Source: Pristiophorus japonicus (Eukaryota). From it: a DNA stretch of 64,000 nt. The notes under the pieces are model-generated. The model did no database searches, was not told the DNA's origin, and was given only the letters and a program-made list of their open reading frames with translations. A program made the translations under genes and the position numbers. The DNA is taken from NCBI RefSeq assembly GCF_044704955.1, contig NC_091999.1:11594001-11658000 (forward strand). Direction: 5' to 3'. Shown piece after piece: positions 49,612 through 62,871 of the stretch. Positions within the stretch are counted from its first letter, which is position 1, and each line of letters starts with the position of its first letter.

Positions 49612-51195
49612 ATTCAAACTAATGGGACTAAATGTAAGTAAGTCCCCTGGACCAGATGTCATCCATCCTACGGTCTTAAAGAAGGTGGCTGCAGAGACAG
49701 TGGATCCAATGCTGCAATCTACCAAAATTTCCTGGATTCTGGCGAGGTCGCAGGGGACTGGAAAACCGCAAATGTGATGTCTCTATTTAAGAAAGGAGAG
49801 AGATAAAAAGCAGCAAATTATAGCCCAGTTAGCCCAATATCTGTCATTGGGGAAATGCTGCAGTCCATCATTAAGGAAATAGTAGCAGGCCATTCACAAA
49901 ATCATAATGCAGTTAAGCAGAGTCAGCATGGTATTATGAAAGGGAAATCACGTTTGACAAATTTGCTCGAGTTTTTTGAGGAAGCAACGAGCAGGCTGGA
50001 TATAGGGAATCCAGTAGATATCGAGTATTTGGATTTCCAGAAAGCTTTCAGTAAGGTGCCACATAAACCATTACTGCACAAGATAAGAGCTCACGGGGTT
50101 GGGGATTTATATTAGCGTTGATCGTGGATTGGCAAACTAACAGAATGAAGAGAGTCAGCATAAATGGTTCGTTTTCAGGTTGGCAAACCGTAACTAGTTG
50201 GGATCAGTGCTGGGGCCTCCATCTTTACCATTTATGTTAACGACTTGGATGCAGGGATCGAATGTGGTATAACCAAATTTGCTGATGATATAAAAATAAG
50301 TTGGAAAGTAAATTGTGTGGAGGACGGAAAGTATCTGCAAAGGGATATAGATAGGGTAATTAAGTAGGCAACAAGTTGATAGATGGAGTACATTGTGCGA
50401 AAATGTAAGATTATCGCCTTAGGTAGAAAAAATAAAAAGCTAATAATTATTTTAATTATGGAGAGATTGCAAAATTCAGTGGTACAGAATGATCTGTGGG
50501 TCCTTGTACATGAAACCCAAAAATTTAGCATGCAGGTACTGCAAGTAATTAGGAATGCAAATGGAATTTTATCCTTTATTGCAAGGGGGTTAAAATATAA
50601 AAGCAGAGACGTCTTGCTACAAATGTACAGGGTACTGGTGAGACCACACCTGGAATACTGTGTACAATTTGGTACCCTTATTTAAGGAAGGATATAATTG
50701 TGTTAGAGGCAGTTCAGAGATATTTCACGAGGTTGTTTGCTGAGATGAAGCGGTTGTCTTAATAAGAAAGGTTGAGCAGTTTGGGCATATACTAATTGGA
50801 GTTTAGAACACCGAGAGGTGGTCTTGTTGAAAGGTGTCAGATTCTGAGCGTCTTAACACGGTACATGCAGAAAGGATATTTCCCCTAGTGCGGGAACTAG
50901 AACTCGGAGGCATCGTTTCAGAATAAGCATTCGCTCATTTAATTCCAAATAAGGATTCATTTTTGGGATTCTCTACCTCAGAGAGCTGTAAAGTCGGGCT
51001 CGTTGAATGTATTTAAGATGGAGATATACAAGTTTTTGAAGGATAAGGGAATCAAGGGTTATGGGAATCGGGCGGGGAAGTGGGGCTGAGGCCAACATCA
51101 GATCAGCCATGGTCATTTTGAATGCCTGAACAGGCTCGAGAAGCCAAATGGCCTAATCCTGCTCCCATTTCTTATTTGCTTCGGTTCTTAGGTTT
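49612..51195 (+). mobile_element. 5'-truncated CR1 LINE, duplicate of 12315-13900
   Basis: Same flanks and truncation point; YLDFQKAFSKVPH and LVRPHLEYCVQF motifs. Confidence 0.9.
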
Positions 51196-52393
51196 CGCTT
51201 TATTATTAATTTTCTGGCATCCAGCGTCGCTGAGGAGCCCAGTATTTATTGTCTATTCCCCAGATTCCTCTTGATAAGCTGATGGTGGCCCTTTTCTTGG
51301 ACTGCTGCATTTATGCTCTTTGCACCCGTTTGATACTGGGACACTTCACGGAACATTCAAGAGACAACCACGTTGTGTATGGCACCAGAGTCCTAAAAGC
51401 GACAGAGCCGGGAAAGTCAGCAGTTTTACTTCCCAATTAGGGACGTTCGTGATGTACTTGGGGTTTTAGCACTATCCGAGTTTCACGTTCATTTTGACTG
51501 ATAAATGCTTCTTATTTATTTGTAAATGATCTGAATTTGAATTTCGAAACTGCCATAGTAGAAGTTGAACTACTGTACTCTAGATTATTAGCTCACATCA
51601 AGGGATTACGTGGTGAGTAGCAGAACCAGCACACTTTTCATTTTCTCTGGCTCAAGCAATCGATATAATATAATGTCAAGAATAATATAAGCAGAGAGTT
51701 GGTTTAGTGCAATCATAACTCCGATAGGTAAATGTAATATAAAGTGAAATGAGATCGAGGTAGATATATAGATATATATGTGCTATATATATTTATATAT
51801 TTATAAATATAAGGAGGGACAGATGGAGAGAAATAGATCGAGAAACAGATTGAAATAAACTGAGGGGAAGAGAGTGAGGGATAATGAGAGAGTGAAACAA
51901 TGAGAGATTGAGACGGAGAGAGAGACAGAGAGAAGAACGGAGAGAGAGTATGTGTGTGAGAGAGAGAGTTAAGGAAAATGGAGACGATGAGAGACAGAGA
52001 GACAGACAGAGAGGGAAATAGGCAGACACAGACAGGGATCGAATTACATACATGCAGAGAGAGTCAGCTGGAGACGAGAGCCATTGAGATGTTGAAAAAG
52101 ATAGATAGTGAAATAGAGTGACAGAGAAAGAACCGCAGCGAGAGAAACAGAGAGACGAGCTGACACACAGGTTTTACATTGTTAAACTAAAGAAAGGAAG
52201 AAGAGAACTCAAAGGATTCAGGATAAAGACAAGAGACAATGGGAGAGATGGGACAGGCATTCACAGCTAATTTCGTTGCGCCGATGGACTTCGCCAGCTC
52301 TTGATAAGAATTGTGCTTTATTGGACTTTTAAGAAGGTCTCTGTGAATCTCACTGTGGAGGCTGAATTATTGCTTCTGTTTATCAGCGAGAGA

Positions 52394-52407
52394 GCGCCCT
52401 CTGGTGA
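52394..52407 (-). promoter_or_regulatory. CTCF-like motif TCACCAGAGGGCGC 24 bp downstream of the I2 RSS
   Basis: Near-consensus CTCF core, oriented with the V gene. Confidence 0.6.
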
Positions 52408-52431
52408 GCACTGACTGGATCTCCCGGTGTG

Positions 52432-52471
52432 GGTTTTTGTACGGGATGCGCTATATCTCTGCACCAGTGTG
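52432..52471 (-). other. RSS of V I2 (24-bp spacer)
   Basis: CACACTG + 24 nt + perfect nonamer ACAAAAACC. Confidence 0.9.
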
Positions 52472-52930
52472 ACACTCATGGCACAGAAATATATGGCGCT
52501 GTCTGAGATCAAGGACTTACTGATCGCTAGCTCAGTAATCATGCTAGATTTATGAAACACAGAAGAGAACCGGGCCGTGAAGTCGGGGTTACGGTTTACT
52601 TTCGGTCCATAGTGATAAAACACGTACTGTGGGGTCTGCCAGGGGTGCTGACTGTACCAGAACATATACGGGCTAGGATCGCTCGTTTTTAAGGTGCAGT
52701 TTAGTGTGACATTACTTTCCTCTTCAAACATCATTTCGAGAACCGACTGTTCCACTGTATCTTGTTGGCTCCATTCTAAAATAAAGTAGCAGTAGTAGTC
52801 ATCATCGTATTATCACCATCATTATCACTTTACCAATAATAACATCAGGGGAAGAATTATTATTTTTGTGATGGAAATACTTACTGAGAAGTGATATAAT
52901 GATGGCGAGCAGTGCGAGACGTTTCCACAT
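52472..52930 (-). CDS. TCR alpha/delta-type V segment, family I copy 2 (apparently functional; exons 52930-52885 and 52775-52472)
   Basis: Leader MWKRLALLAIIISLL|K with GTAAGT; V exon WSQQDTVEQSVLEMMFEEESNVTLNCTLKTSDPSPYMFWYSQHP..SLISDSAIYFCAMS is open. Confidence 0.93.
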
Positions 52931-53546
52931 GATGCTCCCTGAGATTGTAACTCTGCATTCCGGGAAATCGTCTGTTGTAGCAGTAGTACAGATCCACGCC
53001 CCACTGCACTGCTGGTCCAACCAATGATAAACATGGAACAGCGGCAGCAATCTCTCTCATTACACAGGACACGCAAGGCAGGGAAAAGCGACAGCAGCAA
53101 ACAGAAGCTGTGGGCGTGGCTGTCACAGGCGGTGATGTCACATGTAGCATCGATCTAGAACAACAGAATTCAATAATAATGTTCCCTTCTCAAATTATAC
53201 AACTCTTCCTCTTGATAAGAGCTGCGTTAGTTTCACGTTTATTACAAATTCGAGTCAAGCGGATTGGCCACAGGGATTGCAGAATTATTACATTATTCAA
53301 TAGTTACCGAAATCTTCAACAGTGAATTAGGTTAAAACCAGGTGCTGAAATAAGCGATGGGAAAGAGAACAAATCTGTGAGAAAATGTATGACATTAATG
53401 GGCTGAAATGTGAAATCAAATGGAATTTCATCTTAATTTATATTGAATAATATAATTACGGATTGACCACCGCCCTTTGGCTGAACTGATCGTTTTCGGA
53501 ACCGATTTGACTGTGACCCAATCTATTCCGAATTTGCTCAGAGAGG

Positions 53547-53875
53547 AGAAATTGTACGAGAGCGGGGCTTTTACCCAAGCTGTGGCCTGCAACACAGCAA
53601 TAGGTTCCGGTATCCACAAACTCTGCCTGGCCGAATCCCAGTTTGCTCAAACTTTGATCCCGGTCGGTGTGGATCTCAAAGCAGACTTGGTGGCGTTCTG
53701 CTTTGAATCAACAATGGATGTATCTCGGGGTCGCGCTCACCAGCTGGCTATACCAACAGATGTTGTCAGTCGTGCTGATCCCGCACTGGATTCTGACAGT
53801 ATGTCCTTCTAATGCGAAGTCTCAGGCAGGTAGAGAAATCTGCGCCAAACACGGTGCAACTTTCGTCAAAATTTA
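53547..53875 (-). pseudogene. V segment family L copy 2 (pseudogene)
   Basis: VRIQCGISTTDNICWYSQ..IHC* and EFVDTGTYCCVAG; RSS CACAGCT-22-ACAATTTCT. Confidence 0.75.
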
Positions 53876-54405
53876 AGAATTACATGGACTGTACAGCACA
53901 TAGACAGCTCATAGAATCAAGAACAATTAGGAAATAGAGAGGAGAAAGATTTAATAAAGTGAGAAATGAATAGAGCTGGAAACATAGATAGAGGAAAAGA
54001 AAGTGAAAGTATGAAGGAAGGAATGAGAAAGACAAAGAGACAAAGCCGTGCAATAATGAGAAGTGTTGAGGACAGCAAATGAGAAAAGGGATAAAGAGAA
54101 ATGAAAGGTTACAAGTAACGAGAGAAGGACAGTGCTAATAGGTAAGAGGAAGCCATAAACATATTCAGAAATAAAGTAAAATGTCCTTTCCTTTACTTTC
54201 ACTCACATTTCCCTACGGCCTATTTAGATAGTTGAATTGTCTGAAACAACAGTCTTCAATTAACTGGCTGCTGGAAATCACCCCATGAAGAACTCACAAT
54301 TTACGCTGCCCATTATCCTGACTGTGTGAAGTCCTCAGAGTCAGCGTCAGAGAGCGCCGTGGTTACATGTTTCTCGCCGTTATCAACTGGAAATGACATT
54401 GACAG

Positions 54406-54917
54406 TAATCATCAATATAATTTTACCAATAATAACACCTGAGTTACAGCAGGCAGGGGGAGAAATGATTTTTAATGGGAAGAAATATTACTGAGAAGTG
54501 ATATGAAGGTGAGGAGCAGTGTGAGATGGTTCCGCATGATGCTCCCTGAGTCTGTAACTCTGCAGTCCTGGAAATCCTCTGTGACCCTGCCCACGGCACC
54601 CCCGCCCACAGTCTCCTTTGCCCCTCTCGCTCTGACGCGCCTTGCCAGCCCTGTGTTATTGGAGAGATTGCTGCCGCTGCTCCATGTTTCAATTGCTTGG
54701 TTCAGCAGGGCATTGGGGCGGGGTCTCTAATTCTGCTCTCACAGAGGATTTCCAGGACTGCAGAGTTACAGACTCAGGGAGCATCATGCGGAACCATCTC
54801 ACACTGCTCCTCACCTTCATATCACTTCTCAGTAATATTTCTTCCCATTAAAAATCATTTCTCCCCCTGCCTGCTGTAACTCAGGTGTTATTATTGGTAA
54901 AATTATATTGATGATTA
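54406..54917. repeat. Perfect 179-bp inverted repeat (54406-54584 / 54739-54917) containing the J2 leader exon
   Basis: Base-by-base comparison found no mismatch; 154-bp spacer. Confidence 0.95.
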
Positions 54918-55326
54918 TGATTATGTTGATTGAGACAATGGTGATAATGATCATGATGACTCAGTCTATTATTTTCTGTTAGAATGGAGCCAACAAAACA
55001 AAGTGGAACAGCCGGTCCCTGAAATGATAGATGAGGAAGAAAGTGATGTCACACTAACCTGCACCTTGAAAACCAGCGATCCTTGCCCTTTTGTGCACGG
55101 GTACAGTCAGCATACCGGGAAGCCGCCACAGTATGTGCTTCGTTCTATCGGAGTGAATGTAGACCTGAATCCCGCCTTCACTGATCGATTCCCTACTATA
55201 GTTAATAAAATTGCGATGATTACTGAGCTAATGATTGGCAAAGCCCTGATCTCTGACACCGCCGTGTATTTCTGCGCCATGAGACTCACACTGCGACAGA
55301 GTTATAGTGGATCACGTACGAAAGCC
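54786..55326 (+). pseudogene. V segment family J copy 2 (open frame but Trp41>Gly; ORF/pseudogene) with RSS
   Basis: Leader 54786-54831 (donor GTAATA); exon 54983-55286 ..LTCTLKTSDPCPFVHGYSQH..DTAVYFCAMR. RSS CACACTG(55287)-24-ACGAAAGCC; CTCF-like motif at 55351-55364. Confidence 0.85.
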
Positions 55327-55439
55327 CTCACTGAGAGTTCCAGTTGCTGCGCACCAGAGGGCGCTCTCACACCGATAATCAGAAGCAATAATTCTCCACA
55401 GTCAGAGTCACAGGGAGATTCTTAAAAGCGCGAGAATAC

Positions 55440-55741
55440 AAAACCAACGACAAGTCACCCCTTCTGCTTCTGTCTTCACTCTTGAAGACCGCCTCTAGGT
55501 GACAGAATCTCCGTGATTCTGGTCTGAAAAGGACAGAGTGTCGAGTGTTTGCAATTCAGATCCTAAGCATGTTGCAAATTAGAGAAAAGAGGAAATGTAT
55601 TTGTTCCATCATCATTACCACCAGCAATTTAACAATAGTAACACCAGTGAAGGGAGAGGGGGAGAATGTATTTTCGCTGGGAAGGTAATACTTGCTGGGA
55701 AGTGATATAATGATGAGGAGCTGTGCGAGACGGTTCCACAT
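55440..55741 (-). pseudogene. Truncated V family K copy 2 (leader plus FR1 fragment)
   Basis: Leader MWNRLAQLLIIISLP with donor GT>GC; exon from 55523 QNHGDSVT*RRSSRVKTEAEGVT. Confidence 0.7.
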
Positions 55742-57558
55742 AATACTCCCTGAGTCTGTAGCTCTACATTAAACCTAACTCGCAGTATTACTTTAAACTG
55801 AACTGTGAAAGTTGAAACTGGGGACATGGATTCAATGTATAAAAATTCATTTTAGGACTGGTATCACGAAGTTCATCGCAGACACACAGAGTGGTTAATG
55901 TGTGCAATATAGAGTGGCGGAGGGAAATACTCGAGCATCGTTTAAGGAAAAGTTTGAGGCTGCAATGAGCGGTGGCAGTTAGGATCTCGCTGGATAGATC
56001 AGGCAAGAACAATCGAATGGCTTCCGTTGTTCTCAGATCTGGTGAACTGAAAACGGCAGAATTTGTACCATGTAGTTACAGGTAGTCACCATCAGAGGGC
56101 AGTGGGCAGATGTATTCACTCTTTGTTTCAGTGTGAGGGCGAAGTGCAGATGGTCAAAATCGTTTAGTTCCTTTGTTTAATATTTAAAATTAAAATTATT
56201 AAAATATTATTAATGACATACCATAGGTATTGTAATGATCAGCTCACCATAGTATCACTGATCCACCCGCTGCTCGCATCCTCCAATTCTGCTGAAAAAT
56301 GTCAGTCATTCGCAATTTCAATCATATAATAGGTGGCGTTTGTACAATTTACCGTATCGTTGTGTTCAAAAGCCCCAACAATCGCACACTATCAATATTA
56401 ACCTTTATATCAGCAGTTGGTAGATCTAATGGTCTGTGAGCAGCTCCTGTAATGGGAGCCTCTGCTGATACTGGTATAACAGTAACTGTTTCCCTTTACT
56501 GCCCCCACATTATTGATTGCACCTGTTTAGCGAATTGAGACCCCGTTGCATCTGAAAACAGTGGACGATTTGATTTTCTGCCCAATAACATGAAATTTAT
56601 GTTTTTATCCATTCAGGGACCAATATTCCTTAGTTAAAGAGAGTAGCAAGTAGATTGCACCGAGGGAACGTTGCTGGTCTGAATGTGTACAGAAAGAGAA
56701 GCAAGATATGATAAGTATACAACCTGTGGCACAGGGATAAGCGGGTGCAGCTAGTCATATGATCCTCAGGAATTGTCTGACTGGTTATTAAAAGTTGTGG
56801 CACATTACTGAGATCTAATGAATCCAATTCTGGAAAATTTTGCATCGTGACTGTGCCTCATTTAATTCAAAATGTCGAAGACTGAACATACATCAATATC
56901 CTCCTCAAGGTATCAATTATTGTGTGCCCGTCCATGTTTATTCTGGCATTTGTGTCTGTGCGTGTTTTAGTGTGTGTCTATCTATCTTTATGTCTTTGTG
57001 TGTGTGTCTGAGTGTGTGAGTGTGACTGTGTGTATGAATTGTGTGTGAGTCTGTTTTTGTGAGTCTGTGTGTGTGTGTTTGAGTTTGTGTCTGTGTGAGT
57101 AAGAGTATGTGGTGTGTTTGTGATTCTGTGTGTGTGTGTGTTTGAATCAATGTGCGTGTGTTTGTGTGTGTCTCTATGTCACTGGTTTTGTCGGTGGTTG
57201 TGTCTGTGTTTGTGTCTGTGTGCGGGTATCTGTTATCATGTGCTTGTTTCCAATCCTCTGTGTGAGGCGTGTGTTGAACAAAAGGGTGCGCTCTCTGATC
57301 ACTTGTAAAAGAGCTTGCATCTCAAGCAAAGCACAATTAAATATACGTCAATAACCTCCAAAGATATCAAACATTGTCTGTATTTTTGTTTATGTTGGTG
57401 TTTGTGTAAACTATGTTGTTAAGACTGCAACGATTAATGGGATCAATTGACTACAGGAATTTCTGCACCTTATTTCATCTTAATGAGAGAGAGTTAGAGA
57501 AAGAATGAGAGCAATAGACAGAGAGAGAGAGAAGGAGAGAGAGAAAGAGAGAGAGCGG

Positions 57559-57592
<34 letters not shown>

Positions 57593-57843
57593 GACTGTGA
57601 CACAGATAGAGTTATCGACTTAAGTAGACATGTATAAAGGGAGACAAGGGCACACACAAATAGTCAATGAAAGAGTTTGGAGAGATTGGGCACAACTAAC
57701 ACTCATTGGTGCAAAGCTGAAGACATTTGTGAGAGACCAGCCAACCCTGACCCTGGGAAACGCCCCTCAGTTTCTCAATAAGTGAAGCCTGCCCTGATTT
57801 GTTTTAATTCTGTTATCTTCTGTCGGACTCCAATCCAGATGCC

Positions 57844-58399
57844 ATGTATGCGCTATATTCCTTATTGATAATAATGGTCGTGTTGCCCGGTGAGTCTATG
57901 TTTAAAAGGGCAGTGTGTGTTTCATGATTTAAATTCACTCCCAGACTTTTGATGCATTCTGTATTTTGTAATAGGAACGAATGGCGACAATTCAGTGTCC
58001 CAGGATCCGTCAGAATTAAAGGTTCAGGAGGGACAGACGATAATACTGAATTGTAGTTACTCCGCGTCCGATAACTTTCCCTACCTCTTCCATGAACTCA
58101 TTGAATGGCGGTGCTAGCTAGAAGGGCCGAATGGCCTACTCCTGCACCTATTTTCTATGTTTCTATGTTTCTGGTATATCCAGTATCCCGGGGAAGTTCC
58201 GAGATATTTACTGAAGATATACGGCAAGGGGCAGGCGGATCAGTCTCCAGATCTCCCAGACCGGATCTCTGCTGATTTGGATCAAGACAAGAAATCGGTT
58301 CCTTTCAATATCTCCATGGCTCTTGTCTCTGACTCTGCTGTGTATCACTGTGTGCTGCGCCTCACACTTACAGGGGCGCAGTCAGCCCGTACAAAAAGC
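57844..58399 (+). pseudogene. V segment family A copy 3 (disrupted by retroposon tail)
   Basis: Intact leader 57844-57889, exon from 57975, 81-nt insert with in-frame TAG just before Trp41. RSS CACACTT(58363)-21-ACAAAAAGC. Confidence 0.92.
58091..58171 (+). mobile_element. 81-nt CR1/HER1-type 3' tail inserted in V exon A3
   Basis: CATGAACTCATTGAATGGCGG..CCTATTTTCTATGTTTCTATGTTTC matches the LINE end at ~46455-46530; absent from A1 and A2. Confidence 0.9.
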
Positions 58400-59111
58400 T
58401 TCTCACTGAATCAGATCTGTGACCTGGATTGTTAACTAACAATGGAACATAAACCAAAGGATAAAGACTAGTTTCACCAAATGATGAATTTCTCTGCTGT
58501 AGACTTTGTGAAATTCTATGCAATATCACCTTTATATTAGCTGCTTCTAATGGTCAATGAGCACCTCTTTTAAAGGGAGCCTCTGGCACTGATACCAGAA
58601 CAACGTTAACTCTGTCCCGTCACTGCCTCCGCCGCATATACTGCCCCTTTTAAAAGGCCAATATTGAGTTTCATCCTCTGTTAAAGTGCCAACATTTGAT
58701 TTAATCCCCAGGCAGTTCCCTGTTGTGAACATTTTTTCACTCTTTTCCCTGCTGCCCGCTCTGACGTCGTGAATTGCAGAACAAACAATCTGTGAGCTGA
58801 TTGGATGAATTGGCGAACACAGCGCAATGAGCAGATTTGTTGACCAAGGATCCAAAGGGCTGTACGATGATTGGATGAATTGGAGGACAAAGGAGCCGAA
58901 GTCTCATTGGCTCAAATGGCGATCAAGGGACCTGTGAAATGATTGGATGAACTGGAGAACACAGGACACGTGAGTTGATTGTATATCACCTGCTGACACT
59001 GTCAGGAACAATCCAATCAGCAGAGAGGCCGGATATTAGTCAACATCTCCTCACTCTTGACGAAAAACATTTTCAGGTTCAACCCCGTTCTGTTGAAATA
59101 CACCATCAAAC

Positions 59112-59957
59112 ATGTGGGATGTTACTTTTTATGTGTTCATCACAGCTGCAACTCTTTTAACTGGTAAGTATACAAATTGCACAACACTGTGTTGCACATC
59201 TGCATCAATTAATCGGTCACTTCCCTGAACACAAGGAAATCAACAGATTGATCCGAAGTGAAGACCATCAGGATGCACCTTGAGTCAACACTGAACACTG
59301 CTTTGGGAAACTCGGCAAAATCCCCCAGTGAATGAAAGCGGTTGAGTTCACGTGAATGACAGACAGACTCGCCAGGCCTGCTGGTACTAATGACGGACTT
59401 TGACAGACACAGGGGTCTTAAACCCATAGACTGCTTGGAGTTTTCCCTTCACATTACAAGTGGTGAACGTTCGTTAAAGAAAGTTTTATTCAGTCGTTCC
59501 ACGCACCTTCCCTTTGCAGCTGTGGGGATATTTCTTTTTAACTGTTCAGAGTTACTTCTCAGGTAAGTATTGGTGGTGACGGATTGACTCTGGGGGATAG
59601 ATACAGTGAAGTGATATTGTTTAATTTAATCTCACTCTGGCCTCTTGCAGGACATTGTCGAGGAGACTCCGTTTCACAGACACCGGATGCAACCACAGTA
59701 AGTGAAGGAGATGATGTCCAGTTGCATTGTAATTATACAGCTACAAGCACCAGCGGTCTTTATCTATTCTGGTACCGTCAGTATCACAGCGGATCCATAG
59801 AATATCTGCTGCAGAGAAACAAATACAGTGAGGAAAAGGAGAGATTGCCAGGGGACCGTTTTTCAGCGGAGCTCAATGATTTGAGCCGAACCGTCCCACT
59901 GAATGTGTCTGAGACACAACTGACAGACTCCGCGGTGTATTACTGCGCACTGAGACC
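59112..59957 (+). CDS. TCR alpha/delta-type V segment, family B copy 4 (apparently functional; exons 59112-59163 and 59651-59957)
   Basis: Leader MWDVTFYVFITAATLLT|G; V exon DSVSQTPDATTVSEGDDVQLHCNYTATSTSGLYLFWYRQ..DSAVYYCALR is open. Confidence 0.94.
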
Positions 59958-59996
59958 CACAGAGACACAGAGCTGGGCTGGACATGTACAAAAACT
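59958..59996 (+). other. 23-RSS of V B4
   Basis: CACAGAG + 23 nt + ACAAAAACT. Confidence 0.92.
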
Positions 59997-61243
59997 GTCA
60001 GAGCGTTGCTCAACATATCAGCGCGTCAGGGGAACATTGTGATCAGGGGAATAACTGAGCTCGTCCCTGTATTTATGGTCGGACATTGTACTTTTAATTC
60101 TCATACGTATTTACTTTTACTCATTAAACTATATCTTGCTGGCACACAAGTGAAAGGGGAAGAAAGAAAGCAAGAAGAAAGAAATTGCATGCATACATCG
60201 TTTTTCACGACCTCAGGATGTCGCAAAGCCTTTTACAATAATACCACTACGTTTTAGAAATGTCATCACTGTTGTAATATAGGAAACGCGGCAGCCAACC
60301 TGTGCATAGCATGATCACACAATTGGCAATATTGTTTTTTACCATAGTCTGTTATTAGTGATGTTGATCGAGCTTAAATATTCGCCAGATACCAAGCGTA
60401 CCACTCTGCTCTTTTTCCATGTAGTGACGTTGTGATATTTTACAAATACCTGAGAGTGAAGACAGGATTAACGTCCCATGCGAAAGACGCCATCTCCAAT
60501 AATTCAGCATTCCTTGCCTACTCCACTGAAGTATCGGCCTAGATTATGTGCTCAGGTCTCTGGACTGACATGTGAACCCTCAACAGCTGACACCAAACAC
60601 TGGCAGACTCGACCATGTCCTATTCACTCTATCACATAATTACCTTTATTAACAATAAATATTATAGATAGACACAAATGCTGATCGATGAGTGAAATGA
60701 CATTATAGAGGGAACCTGGCTGATAACTGGCAGGCAGATGTAAAACGGCCTCGGTTTCTGTCACTGAGCAAGGGACCTATGTGATTCAGGCTTACCGCAA
60801 TGCAGCTACAGACATAAAGGAATCACTGTCGTTGGGAAATGCAGGAGGATATTTAAGTGTAAACATAAATGTTACGGGAGAATGTATCTAATGCTCTTGA
60901 TGAGTCGTCAGCCAGCAGCAAAAAATAAACCAACACTCAACAAAGTGATTGACTCGGACCTGGTGAATATAATCCCATAATTAAGCAATGCTAAAGCTTT
61001 GCTCACACCAAAGTCTGCACTCACTGAGCGACTGGCTCCACAGGCCAATACTTTAAGCTGTGACTGTCAATATATCTGATCAACCCCACTATCAACTGGA
61101 AATTATGAGCAAGCCTTGTGGTCACATTGTCAGCGGCAGCCCCGCCCTCAGCTTCCGATTGCATTCTCGCTCTGACCCAGTTTACCTGCCGTGTGCTGTT
61201 GAAGAGATTGCTGCGGATGTTACGGGACTCTAAATAGGATGGC

Positions 61244-61671
61244 AGTTTTTGTACAGTGTGCAGCTCTATCGCACAGTAATACACCATGATATCCATGATC
61301 TCCGAGCTCTCAATGAGCAATGGAAAATCTAATTCAACTCTGTCCCTGCTCCCTTTGCTATCCGATGCTCGCATTATTATCCACTCGACTCGCTGTCTAT
61401 ATTTCTGTTTGTACCAGTGCAGGGCGCAAATGCTAGACCTGCCATAGCTGCAGTTTATCTGCACCAAATCTCCACGGTGGACTGTAATCGCGGCGGGAGA
61501 CTGCAGCGCACAGTCCGAGAGACACCGACCTGTAAAAACATTGAGACAATAAAATACTGTAGCAATATTAATTTTTTAAAACCCTGCGGGTTATTGAGCT
61601 CAGCTACTGCACCTACATGTTAGCAGCAGCAGAATAACGAGGAATAGGTTAATTTGTACCGAATAATACAT
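61244..61671 (-). pseudogene. V segment family C copy 4 (open frame, in-frame FR3 deletion, non-functional RSS)
   Basis: Leader ATG 61671, exon 61529-61261 QINCSYGRSSICALHWYKQ..DIMVYYCAIEL; RSS collapsed to CACACTG-T-ACAAAAACT. Confidence 0.88.
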
Positions 61672-62871
61672 TCTGTTGCTTAAAATGTCAAGCAGAAAAT
61701 GGCACACAGATCGCTTCAGAAGACCGCGAACCGAGTGAAGGCACTGAACAGGTGGCTGATTAACGACATCGCCGCCCAGTGAAAGATTCAGTCACGTGGG
61801 TTTGCTGCTCTTGGATTGGCTGGAAATGAACATTGATCACCCACGGTTCACATCGGGACATGTGATCTAATGACCAGCAAGTTTCTCTCCTCCTTGTGGA
61901 GGGAAGTGAGGTGAACACCATCCCTTTGTGATAGTGACTTTCTAAGGGACGTTCCTGCCGTTGTATTTTTGGAACCAAGTCAATCTCTAGATAAGCATTT
62001 CCATAGAGAGTGGATGGAGTATGTTGGGCTGTACCCCACTGATGAGTTTATACATTTAGGACGCTCTGATTAATCCTTTCCTGACAGAATTAATGGAGAT
62101 TCTGGATCTGCACTCCACAGAGGAGTCAAGCCATTCAGCGCAGTCTGATTAACCCTTGCCTTACAGAATGTATGGATGCTCTGGAAATGTGCCCCACAGC
62201 AGTAACAGCAGAAATCCAGCCTTTCTTTCCTGTAGCAGACAGTAGCAATGCGGCGACTCAGCATCTGGGTTGTTTGGCAGGCATTTCTGCAAATCCAAGC
62301 TGACTGCAGTCTGCATCCTTATACAAGAATGGTTCCACATTTAGAGTCTAGGGCGTGAATGAAACCCATATCAACGTTCTGTAACCTGGAAGCACAGGAT
62401 TGCTAAAGCGTTTACTGTACGTAAGAAGGTAAGAATTAAGAGTGGGATTAGGCTATGCGGCTATAAGATCATTGCTGATCTTCGACCTCAACTCCACTTT
62501 CCCACCTGTCCCCCGCATCCCTTGATTCACCTCAAGACAAAACCTCGATCTATCTCAGCCTTGAATAGATTCAACGACTCAGATTCCACAGGCTTTTGTT
62601 GTAGAGAATTGTCAAGATTCATTACCCTTCGAGTGAAGAAATTCTTCCTCATCTCGGTGTTAAATGGCAGACCCCTTGTTCTGAGATGATGCCCCCATTT
62701 CTGGACTCTACAGCCAAGGGAGACAACTTCTCAGTGCCTACCCTGTTAATCCCCTTCATATACTTACATGTTTCAATGAGCTCACCTCTCATTCTTCTAA
62801 TCTCCAGAGGCCGCAGAATTATTTCGGGGTCGTTTCTTTCTCTATAATTCTGTTGGTTTTGCAGGAGTCTG

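Noticed and set aside
60021-60038. CTCF-like GCGTCAGGGGAACA about 26 bp behind B-family RSSs
   Set aside because: Similar offset to the I/J motifs but a poor match at the conserved GGC end; not supportable without a matrix score.
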